From a virus (Duplodnaviria; Caudoviricetes), in IMG/VR virus record IMGVR_UViG_3300032219_002477, positions 1-41,080 of that record: a DNA stretch of 41,080 nt, one strand, 5' to 3'. Both the position numbers and the translations under genes were made by a program. Shown one piece after another: positions 1 through 8,120 of the stretch. Under the pieces are notes generated by a model that saw nothing but the letters and a program-made list of their open reading frames with translations, was not told the DNA's origin and did not search any database. Position 1 is the stretch's first letter, and every line of letters begins with the position of its first letter.

Positions 1-353
1 GAATCCCTCAGGAATAGAAGTAAGACCGTGCAAATCAAGGGAACCGCCGACTGTTGGATTGAATCCCTCAGGAATCGAAGTAAGACCGTGCAAATCAAGG
101 GAACCGCCGACTGTTGGATTGAATCCCTCAGGAATCGAAGTAAGACCGTGCAAATCAAGGTAACCGCCGACTGTTGGATTGAAGCCCTCAGGAATCGAAG
201 TAAGACCACTCAAATAAAGGGAACCGCCGACTGTTGGATTGAAGCCCTCAGGAATAGAAGTAAGACCACTCAAATCAAGGGAACCGCCGACTGTTGGATT
301 GAATCCCTCAGGAATCGAAGTAAGACCACTCAAATAAAGGGAACCGCCGACTG
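1..353. repeat. 60-bp tandem repeat, about 6 copies, coding on the minus strand
   Basis: Near-identical units starting at 1, 61, 121, 181, 241 and 301. Confidence 0.98.
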
Positions 354-423
354 ACTCAATTCCAAAAAATTGGTTAGTTGTTAAATTGTGTCTTTTGCAA
401 AATTCTAATTGTTCTTTGTTCAT
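1..423 (-). CDS. LRR-like tandem repeat protein, 3' end runs off the window (not in ORF track)
   Basis: ATG at 423 gives MNKEQLEFCKRHNLTTNQFFGIES followed by about 6 copies of VGG[S/Y]L[D/Y]L[S/H]GLTSIPEGFNPT, open to the edge; TAAATTTG box on the minus strand at 450-457. Confidence 0.9.
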   Translation of the reverse strand, partial: MNKEQLEFCKRHNLTTNQFFGIESVGGSLYLSGLTSIPEGFNPTVGGSLDLSGLTSIPEGFNPTVGGSLYLSGLTSIPEGFNPTVGGYLDLHGLTSIPEGFNPTVGGSLDLHGLTSIPEGFNPTVGGSLDLHGLTSIPEGF

Positions 424-468
424 GGTTTTTTGTTTATTATTTATTGTATCAAATTTAACTATTTATTT

Positions 469-1848
469 TTAACTACCAAATTTTAATTTAATATTTTCTA
501 AAATCAACGTAACCCATTCATCATTTCTAATATATGGATTTGAGAATCCTTTTTTTGAGCCGTTTATTACGTTTTCGTGAAGTCCAGAAATATCTTTAAG
601 AATACGTTTATTTTCCAAGTATTCATTTGGAAGAGAAAGCGCAAAATTAACAAAATCATTATCTAGTAATGGATAACGTGTTTCCATTGTAAAATATCCT
701 CCGATTGTATCTTCAATATTTAGAACACCTTCCAAGAATTTCAAATTGTATTCGAAATGCGTTAAATTAACAGATTCGACTTCATAAAATGATGTTCTGT
801 TTATTACCTGTTCTATCGGTTTATTATTTCGATGTGGATAACCTCCAAAAAATTCGTCACCACCTGCACCTGAATACATAACTGTTGCAAATTTTGAAGC
901 AAATTCTGTAAGTGCGTAGTTTGTGTAACTTGAACCGACTTTTGGATCAACCAATAAATCAACAATTTTTGTAATGTATTCATTGAATAATTCTTCATTG
1001 CAAATTAACGACAAATGAATTCCTTTCGAATTTAGTTTGATGTTTTCAATTTCTGAAAAATTTGAATCCAAGTAATCAACAGAAAATGAATATTTCGGAG
1101 CAATAAATTTTGCAATGATTCCAGAATCAATTCCACCTGAGAGAAATACGCAGTCGTTTAAATCAGTTACCCCAGACGAATTATTAATTTTGTTCCGATT
1201 GCAAGAAATTTCGAATAATTGTTTTAATTTTTTCTTCGCATCTTCATAAGAAATTTCGATTTTCGAAGGAATAACAAAAGGTATTTTTTTAACACGTTTC
1301 ACACCTTCAAATAGTGTTTCAGATAAAACACCTAATGAAATTTGAAAATCCAAAACCGATTGTTCACATAATTTTATTTGTGGATTTGCATTCAGTATTG
1401 ATTTGATTTCAGAGGAAATAAATGTTTTACCACCGTATTTGTATTCGTATAGTTTTTTGATGCCGTATCTATCTGTAAACGTGTGCCAAATTCCACATTG
1501 AAAAACAAATACTGCAAAAAATCCATTTAATTCATCCAATCTTTTTAGACAAAATTTGTCCAAAAACTTCACTAATAATTCAGTATCACAATTAGACTCC
1601 AATTCGATGTTATATTTCTCTGCAAGTTCTTTGTAATTCGAAATAAAACCATTAAAAAACAGCGTTGTATTTCCGTAAACATACGGTTGTTGGTCTGCAT
1701 TCTTATCTGTAATTGGAAGCCATTTGAAATTAACCAACGCACCGTGACAATAAGACGTATTTTCAATTGTGCCACGTTTAGAGGCAACTTCAACCATTTT
1801 ATTTAGGTCGTTTTGATTTCCGTTAATTACAGCGTTTATTCCACACAT
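469..1848 (-). CDS. asnB: AsnB-family glutamine-dependent amidotransferase, compact form
   Basis: N-terminal MCGI (Ntn Cys), NGFISNY, CDTE, DRYGIKKLY, SSEIK; synthetase motifs LSGGIDS, SGAGGDEFFGGY, ETRYPLLD, KKGF. Confidence 0.9.
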   Translation of the reverse strand: MCGINAVINGNQNDLNKMVEVASKRGTIENTSYCHGALVNFKWLPITDKNADQQPYVYGNTTLFFNGFISNYKELAEKYNIELESNCDTELLVKFLDKFCLKRLDELNGFFAVFVFQCGIWHTFTDRYGIKKLYEYKYGGKTFISSEIKSILNANPQIKLCEQSVLDFQISLGVLSETLFEGVKRVKKIPFVIPSKIEISYEDAKKKLKQLFEISCNRNKINNSSGVTDLNDCVFLSGGIDSGIIAKFIAPKYSFSVDYLDSNFSEIENIKLNSKGIHLSLICNEELFNEYITKIVDLLVDPKVGSSYTNYALTEFASKFATVMYSGAGGDEFFGGYPHRNNKPIEQVINRTSFYEVESVNLTHFEYNLKFLEGVLNIEDTIGGYFTMETRYPLLDNDFVNFALSLPNEYLENKRILKDISGLHENVINGSKKGFSNPYIRNDEWVTLILENIKLKFGS

Positions 1849-1850
1849 GG

Positions 1851-2753
1851 CTAAAAAATAAAATGAAATTTTTCTTTAATAATTTTCGTGTCAATAAATT
1901 CAGAATTATTCCATTTTGCAAATGGTGTCATATTCGTTTCTGATTTAATATCCAATGCGAAAAGTTTTTTCTCTTTCATTGAAAACGTGTGGATTGTATG
2001 TGGTGTAATTTTCAGTTTATCCTGCATTGATTTATCTAAAACCAAAGAGTCTCTATTTTCCCACGGCATCCAATCCCATTGATTCATAAGTCTAGCAGAA
2101 ATCGCACGCGCTGCACCTGCTGTATGTCCTTTTCTGTAAACCTCAGTATAACCACCCCAATAAAGCGATTTTCCTGAAACAGTATCATAAAAATAAAAGT
2201 CAGTAACTCCAATAAAATCAACACCGTTTCGCATGTGAATAGCATATTCATCTAATAACTCAGGTGTCATAATATCGTCACTTCCAAGGCAAAGCACGTA
2301 ATCAACTCCTAAATTCTTACAGGCGTATGTTGACGCGTTTACTTTGGCGGCTAATGGTTCGTTTGGAATTTCGATGTATTTGAAACTCGTTAAATGATTC
2401 TGTTTCATTCTCCTACCAAAAATAAATTCAGAGTGAATAAAATCTTCATCCTGAATACTTCCAGAAATAACCAATGAAATTTCAAATTGAGGGCATTTCT
2501 TGCGTAAATTTTGAACCCCTGAATAAAACATATCTACCACCTCTGGTCTTTTCCAAACACTAGCTACAATTGCAAGTTTTATTTTTCTGTCTCCAATTGG
2601 TTCTGAATAGAAAATCTCTTCAATTTTTTTTCGATGGATTAAAATATTTGCTGCACCTGGTCGAATTTGGTTTTCGTTAATGATTTTATCCTTACAAAAA
2701 ACCATTCCATTTAAACCTGTAAGTGAGTTACTGAGGACTTTAAATTTTCTCAT
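1851..2753 (-). CDS. GT-A fold (GT2-like) glycosyltransferase with an extra N-terminal domain of about 47 aa
   Basis: IVASVWKRPE first-strand motif, PLAAKVNA, and LGSDD acidic motif typical of GT2-like enzymes. Confidence 0.75.
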   Translation of the reverse strand: MRKFKVLSNSLTGLNGMVFCKDKIINENQIRPGAANILIHRKKIEEIFYSEPIGDRKIKLAIVASVWKRPEVVDMFYSGVQNLRKKCPQFEISLVISGSIQDEDFIHSEFIFGRRMKQNHLTSFKYIEIPNEPLAAKVNASTYACKNLGVDYVLCLGSDDIMTPELLDEYAIHMRNGVDFIGVTDFYFYDTVSGKSLYWGGYTEVYRKGHTAGAARAISARLMNQWDWMPWENRDSLVLDKSMQDKLKITPHTIHTFSMKEKKLFALDIKSETNMTPFAKWNNSEFIDTKIIKEKFHFIF

Positions 2754-2766
2754 TGTTTATTGATTA

Positions 2767-3051
2767 TTAATTATTATCTGAACGTATTTCAGCGCACTTA
2801 GTACAATAAGTAAATGAATTAAATGCGCTTTGTTTATAATCGTGTTCACAAATATCAGTATCTTCAGAATCAGATATAATTTCTATACTGTCTATTTTTG
2901 ATTTAATTATTTGTAATTCATAAAGGATATAACACAACAAACCCATTACAAATAAATGTAAATAATTTTTATGCAAATAACAATATAGAAACCCACCTAA
3001 AAAATAAAGTACTGTGGTATAAAAATAAAATGCACCTGGTTTTTTCTTCAT
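2767..3051 (-). CDS. Small membrane protein with C-terminal Cys/His motif
   Basis: Two hydrophobic segments followed by CEH...CTKC; first gene of the leftward operon. Confidence 0.65.
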   Translation of the reverse strand: MKKKPGAFYFYTTVLYFLGGFLYCYLHKNYLHLFVMGLLCYILYELQIIKSKIDSIEIISDSEDTDICEHDYKQSAFNSFTYCTKCAEIRSDNN

Positions 3052-3062
3052 AAATTACAATT

Positions 3063-3124
3063 TTAAATATTTTCCTTAAAATATGGAAAAACAAATATAA
3101 ACATTATTTGATAATCTAATTTTG
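3063..3124. promoter_or_regulatory. Divergent Bacteroidota-type promoters plus TTTTCC-N9-GGAAAA operator
   Basis: TAATTTTG (+, 3117-3124), TATATTTG (-, 3092-3099), palindrome at 3070-3090. Confidence 0.65.
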
Positions 3125-3158
3125 TTACCTAAGAAATTTACTTAAAAAATTCAATAAT

Positions 3159-4670
3159 ATGATTTCAAACGCTGTCGGAACCGAAAGAATTTCTCAAGTT
3201 GTGGGATATAAAATCACAAAAGGCAATTTCAATGAGACATCTCCAAACTTACCACAATATGTTGCTATTTTCGGTGAGGCAAACGTTGAATTTCAAGACA
3301 ATTTAAGTACTGCACCTGTTGAAGTAACATCTGCACAACAAGCAGGAACACTTTATGGATTTGGTTCACCAATTTACCACGTAATGAGAATTTTACGTCC
3401 TGTAAATGGTGGTGGAATCGGTGGAATTAAAACGGTTGTTTATCCTCAATTATCACCTGAAAGTGCTACTACAAAAATTTTGAAAGTAGAAATCACAGGA
3501 ACAGCAACAACAAACGGAACACACACCGTAGTTATTGCAGGTCGTAATTCTATTGATGCACAATCTTACAGCTATAATGTTGTAACAGGTGATACTCCAG
3601 ACGACATTTACACTAAAATTGAAAACGCAGTTAACGCTGTAATTGGTGCGCCTGTTAATGCAAGTGCATCTGAATACGATGTTGAATTTGAGTCTAAATG
3701 GGCAGGTGCAACTGCTGAGGATTTGAGTATCTCAATTGACACGAACGGAAATACATTAGGATTGACTTACGCTGTAAGTGACGAACAAACAGCAATTGGA
3801 ACACCTAGCATTTCAGCTTCATTAAATTTGATTGGTAATGTTTGGGCTACTATTTTAGTAAACACATACGGAACAAACACAACTGTAATGAGTGCATTAG
3901 AAGCATTCAACGGTATTCCTGACCCAACGAATCCAACAGGTCGTTTTGCTGCAATTGTAATGAAGCCATTAATTGCATTGACAGGTTCAACTATTGAGGA
4001 TCCATCTTCAATTACAGATTCAAGAAAAGCGAATTGTACTATTGCGATTTGTCCTGCACCTTTATCTGATGGTTTACCTTTAGAAGCTGCTGCAAATGCT
4101 TGTTTATTACTTGCAAGAATTAACCAAGATACGCCACATTTAGACATTAGTTCATTGTCTTACCCAGATATGCCAACACCTACTTCAATTGGTACAATGT
4201 CAATTTATGATAATCGTGATGCAATCGTTAAAAAAGGTTGTTCAACAGTTGATTTGGTTAACGGTGCATACAAGGTAATGGATTTCGTTACTACATACCA
4301 TCCTGTTGGAGAAATTCCTGCACAATTTGCGTATGTTAGAAGTCTTACAATTGATTTCAATATTCGTTACGGCTATTATTTGTTAGAACAACAAAACGTT
4401 GAAGGTTGTGCAATTCTTACAGATGACCAAACGTCCGATGCTGACAACACGATTAAACCGATTCAATGGAAATCAATCATTACTGCTTATGCAGATGACT
4501 TAGATAATCGTGCATTGATTGCAGACCCTTCATTTATGAAATCTTCAATCGTTGTAGGTTTGTCAACAAATAATCCTGACAGATTAGAGTCATTCTTTAG
4601 ATACAAACGTAGTGGATTCTTTAGAATTGGTTCAACAACTGCTGAGGCAGGATTCAATTTCGGTAATTAA
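3159..4670 (+). CDS. Tail sheath protein (Mu gpL-like)
   Basis: 503 aa; AGTLYGFGSP sheath N-terminal motif; C-terminal NPDRL; directly before the tube gene. Confidence 0.9.
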   Translation: MISNAVGTERISQVVGYKITKGNFNETSPNLPQYVAIFGEANVEFQDNLSTAPVEVTSAQQAGTLYGFGSPIYHVMRILRPVNGGGIGGIKTVVYPQLSPESATTKILKVEITGTATTNGTHTVVIAGRNSIDAQSYSYNVVTGDTPDDIYTKIENAVNAVIGAPVNASASEYDVEFESKWAGATAEDLSISIDTNGNTLGLTYAVSDEQTAIGTPSISASLNLIGNVWATILVNTYGTNTTVMSALEAFNGIPDPTNPTGRFAAIVMKPLIALTGSTIEDPSSITDSRKANCTIAICPAPLSDGLPLEAAANACLLLARINQDTPHLDISSLSYPDMPTPTSIGTMSIYDNRDAIVKKGCSTVDLVNGAYKVMDFVTTYHPVGEIPAQFAYVRSLTIDFNIRYGYYLLEQQNVEGCAILTDDQTSDADNTIKPIQWKSIITAYADDLDNRALIADPSFMKSSIVVGLSTNNPDRLESFFRYKRSGFFRIGSTTAEAGFNFGN

Positions 4671-4692
4671 TTTTCAATTTAAAACATAAACA

Positions 4693-5094
4693 ATGGCTGT
4701 ACACGGCGATATTACAGAGGTAAGATATAACCATCCAACTTTAGGAAGTGGCATATTTTTTCCAAAAGCAAACGAAGGGAATGTTTTTGATCCTGGAGGA
4801 CTTCGTAACAATGACGACACGTCAATGGTTGCAGGTAATGGAAGCGTTATGTTTCAGAAAAACCGTATTGCAGCTTCATTTACTGTTTTGATTGAGAATG
4901 ATTCTGTTTCACGTAAAGATTCTGAAAAGGTTAAAAACTTACAGGCATCTAGTGCGAATGCAGATTTCACAATTACACACGTAAATGGTTCTGTTTGGAA
5001 AGTTACAGGACAGCCTGTTGGAGCAATTGAAGTTGACGTTAATGCAGGTACATTTACCTTGAAAGTAGTAGGTAAAGCTGAGCAGATTGCGTAG
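4693..5094 (+). CDS. Tail tube protein
   Basis: 133 aa beta-rich protein directly after the sheath. Confidence 0.8.
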   Translation: MAVHGDITEVRYNHPTLGSGIFFPKANEGNVFDPGGLRNNDDTSMVAGNGSVMFQKNRIAASFTVLIENDSVSRKDSEKVKNLQASSANADFTITHVNGSVWKVTGQPVGAIEVDVNAGTFTLKVVGKAEQIA

Positions 5095-5102
5095 TCGAAA
5101 CT

Positions 5103-5161
5103 GATTAACAGTACACGTATTACACGATTAACAGATTACACGGTTAACAGATTACACGGTT
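5103..5161. repeat. 16-bp tandem repeat ATTACACG[A/G]TTAACAG, about 3.5 copies
   Basis: Units at 5119, 5135 and 5151 plus a degenerate one at 5103. Confidence 0.85.
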
Positions 5162-5193
5162 CAAAATATTCGTAACACACAATACAAAATAAG

Positions 5194-5589
5194 ATGCAAG
5201 TTTCAAGAGAAGTAGCCGAATCTGACGTTCAACGTTGGTTAGAAGCTAAAAGAATTAGACAATCAAAAAAAACGTTATTAGCAGACAACGTTGAAGCGTT
5301 GGTTGAAAGTGTAATGGAAGGTTTTATTACGATTGACGAAAATTGTAATTTAACTCAAATTTTACGTTTTCCTGTTGGTTTAAATGAGAATGTAAAACAG
5401 TTGAGTTTTAAAACTCGTTTACAAGTTTTGGAAGTTAGTCCATTCTTGAAAAAAGTTGAACAAGGAGACGGAGACGGACGTGTTTTAGCATACATTCTTG
5501 CTGCAACAGAACAACCATTGGGAATCATTCAATCATTAGATACTGAGGACTTAGGAGTGGCACAATCAGTAGCGGTTTTTTTTCTGTAA
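5194..5589 (+). CDS. Tail assembly chaperone, short form
   Basis: Lies between tube and tape measure; ends ...VFFL on a run of 8 T. Confidence 0.85.
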   Translation: MQVSREVAESDVQRWLEAKRIRQSKKTLLADNVEALVESVMEGFITIDENCNLTQILRFPVGLNENVKQLSFKTRLQVLEVSPFLKKVEQGDGDGRVLAYILAATEQPLGIIQSLDTEDLGVAQSVAVFFL

Positions 5590-5771
5590 TTAGTGACATT
5601 GTTAGTTTAAATAATGCCATTAATACAGTAGTTCGCTACCACCATTGGACACCTAAAACAATTGAAAGTCTGTATCTTGACGATGCAGACTTTTTTGGTT
5701 TATTGTATTGGTATGATGACGTGATGGAAGTGATTAAAGAAATAAATGAAAAAATGCCTAAACCTGAATAA
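5583..5771 (+). CDS. Tail assembly chaperone -1 frameshift extension, 62 aa (not in ORF track)
   Basis: The -1 frame after T8 (5576-5583) reads SVISDIVSLNNAINTVVRYHHWTPKTIESLYLDD...KPE and stops at 5771, adjacent to the tape measure ATG. Confidence 0.85.
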   Translation, partial: SVISDIVSLNNAINTVVRYHHWTPKTIESLYLDDADFFGLLYWYDDVMEVIKEINEKMPKPE

Positions 5772-7658
5772 ATGAAATTAGTAATCCCTGCAGTATTTAC
5801 AGCCGTTGATAAGTTTTCTGGACCATTGTCTAAGATGCAAAACAATGTTGGCGGATTTGCTAATAAAATTCAGAATGCAGGTAGTACAGCAATGGCAGTT
5901 GGTAGAAGTACTGCATTGTTTGGATTAGCATTAGCAGCACCATTAATTGTGGCCACAAAGGCAGCAGTTGAGTTTGAAGATAAAATGGCTGACGTTGCCA
6001 AAACAACAGGACTTACAGGAAAAACATTAGACACGTTAGGAAAATCATTAGTTGATTATTCCACTACTACACGAACATCAATTGATGACTTATTGAAGAT
6101 CACAGAAATTGGTGGTCAGTTAGGTATTGTACAAAAAGACTTATTATCATTCACAAAGGCAGCAGATAAATTCAATGTTGCATTAGGTGCAGATTTTGGA
6201 AGCGTTGATGAAGCTGTAACACAAGTTGGAAAAATCAAACAATTATTTAAAGACACTAGAGGTTTAGATGTTTCTGCATCCATTATGAAAACAGGTAGTG
6301 CTATAAATGAATTAGGTGCAATGGGTGCAGGTACGTCTGCTAATATTTCTGATTTTACCTTACGAATGGGTCAATTACCAGACGCATTGAAAGGAAGTGT
6401 TACAGACACGTTGGCGTTAGGTACGTATTTGGAAGAGTTGGGAATTAATGCCGAAATTGGTTCTGGTGGATTGACAAGAATGTTATTAGTAGCAGGTCAA
6501 AAAATTGACAAGTTTGCAGTACAAATGGAAATGAGTTCCATTGAAGCAAAGAAATTATTGTCTCAAAATCCTACTGAATTCGCTAAGAAATTTGCCGTTT
6601 CATTCAAAGGATTGAAACCTGAAGTTTTAGCACAAAAATTAGAAAAACTTGGAATTGGAACACAGGAAACGATTAAGGTAATTGGTGCATTAGGTTCTAA
6701 TATGGATCGTTTGACAGAGTTGCAAAAATACTCAAACGATTCATTCACCAAAGGCACAAGTTTACAAAACGAATACAACACCAAGAATAAAACAACAGCG
6801 GCCCAAATGGCTAAGTTGAAAAATACGGTCAAAGCGTTGACCTTAGAAATAGGTCAGGCAATGTTACCAATTGTAAAATCATTAGCAGATGCATTACTCC
6901 CTGTTATTCGTGGCATATCTAAATGGATGAAAGACAATCCAAAATTAACTGAAATGATTGTTAAGGTCACAGCAGCAGTTGCTGCATTTGCATTCGCTGT
7001 AAGTGGAATAGCATTCGCAATTGGAACGTATCAGAAAGCTGTTGCATTAGCAGAAACGGCACAATGGGCATTTAATGCAGCAATGGCAGCAAATCCAATA
7101 GGTTTAATCGTAGCAGGAATTATTGCAACGATTGCATTAATAGTTCAAGTCATTCGCAAATGGGACGAATGGGGTGCAGCAGTTGCCTTATTTATGGGCC
7201 CAATTGGTTTAGTAATCGCGTTAATTATGTCACTTAGAAAACATTGGACTTCATTGGTGAATGTTTTTAAAACGGATGGAATTATTGCAGGATTCAAACG
7301 TTTAGGATTGGTTATTTTGGATGCGTTGTTATATCCAATGCAACAATTCTTGAAATTGATTTCTAAGATTCCAGGACTTGGATATTTAGCAGGAACAGGA
7401 GCCGACAAAATACAGCAAATGCGAAACAATTTATTACCACAGGAATCAAATATTTCAAGTGGTTTAGTTTCTGCAAATCCTGACAAGGCAAAAAATGATT
7501 CTAATTTATTCAATATGACTGAAATCATTAAGCAGTCACAAGAAGAAAAATCTGTTAAGATTGAATTCACAGGATTACCTGAATGGATGAAACCTACTGT
7601 TAGTAGTTCGACAAATAAAACGATTCCAAAAACTTCAAAAACTTCTAGCCGTGGTTGA
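5772..7658 (+). CDS. Tail tape measure protein (TP901-type core)
   Basis: AVDKFSGPL N-terminus, AAVEFEDKMADVAK core, ANPIGLIV hydrophobic C-terminal region. Confidence 0.95.
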   Translation: MKLVIPAVFTAVDKFSGPLSKMQNNVGGFANKIQNAGSTAMAVGRSTALFGLALAAPLIVATKAAVEFEDKMADVAKTTGLTGKTLDTLGKSLVDYSTTTRTSIDDLLKITEIGGQLGIVQKDLLSFTKAADKFNVALGADFGSVDEAVTQVGKIKQLFKDTRGLDVSASIMKTGSAINELGAMGAGTSANISDFTLRMGQLPDALKGSVTDTLALGTYLEELGINAEIGSGGLTRMLLVAGQKIDKFAVQMEMSSIEAKKLLSQNPTEFAKKFAVSFKGLKPEVLAQKLEKLGIGTQETIKVIGALGSNMDRLTELQKYSNDSFTKGTSLQNEYNTKNKTTAAQMAKLKNTVKALTLEIGQAMLPIVKSLADALLPVIRGISKWMKDNPKLTEMIVKVTAAVAAFAFAVSGIAFAIGTYQKAVALAETAQWAFNAAMAANPIGLIVAGIIATIALIVQVIRKWDEWGAAVALFMGPIGLVIALIMSLRKHWTSLVNVFKTDGIIAGFKRLGLVILDALLYPMQQFLKLISKIPGLGYLAGTGADKIQQMRNNLLPQESNISSGLVSANPDKAKNDSNLFNMTEIIKQSQEEKSVKIEFTGLPEWMKPTVSSSTNKTIPKTSKTSSRG

Positions 7659-8118
7659 TCTAAAAATAATTGAAAATTTTAACGGTGGTGACGTTGTTTA
7701 CATTGGTGGTGATTTCAGATTAACACACAGTTTTGACACGATGGTTTACCTTGCATTGTTTGGAGGAAATATTGAGGTAAAGAATGGAGGACAATTCAAC
7801 GGTCAAGAGGAACAAAATGTCGATTGGTGGGGAAATACACTACTCATGCAAGAAACACCATCCACGAAATACGTTTCATTAACAGAAAAGACACTCAGTT
7901 CTGTTGCAATGACATCTTCGTCACTTGAAAAAATCAAACGTGCAGTTATTGAGGACTTAAATTTTATGTCACAATTTGCGAATATTTCTGTAAGTGTTTC
8001 AATAATTGGAGTTGATAGATATATTATTTACATTCGCATTGAAAGACCATTGAATTTAGAATCGCAGGAATTTACCTATATTTGGAACGCATTTACGCAA
8101 ACTGTAGAAATTAATTAA
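7651..8118 (+). CDS. Baseplate protein, Mu gp46-like
   Basis: VYLALFGG...DWWGN motif, EDLNFM; directly before baseplate J. Confidence 0.8.
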   Translation: MVDLKIIENFNGGDVVYIGGDFRLTHSFDTMVYLALFGGNIEVKNGGQFNGQEEQNVDWWGNTLLMQETPSTKYVSLTEKTLSSVAMTSSSLEKIKRAVIEDLNFMSQFANISVSVSIIGVDRYIIYIRIERPLNLESQEFTYIWNAFTQTVEIN

Positions 8119-8120
8119 GC

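Noticed and set aside
1-353. 60-bp array as a CRISPR array or DGR variable region
   Set aside because: No unique spacers, and no cas or reverse transcriptase gene in the window; the array is coding
28-354. Plus-strand 108-aa repeat ORF from the track
   Set aside because: Shadow of the minus-strand LRR-like gene, which has an ATG, a promoter box and silent third-position variation
469-1848. Lasso peptide cyclase cluster
   Set aside because: The protein keeps the glutaminase Cys, and no precursor peptide or B protein is visible
5636-5845. Minus-strand 69-aa ORF
   Set aside because: Antisense to the frameshift extension and the tape measure start
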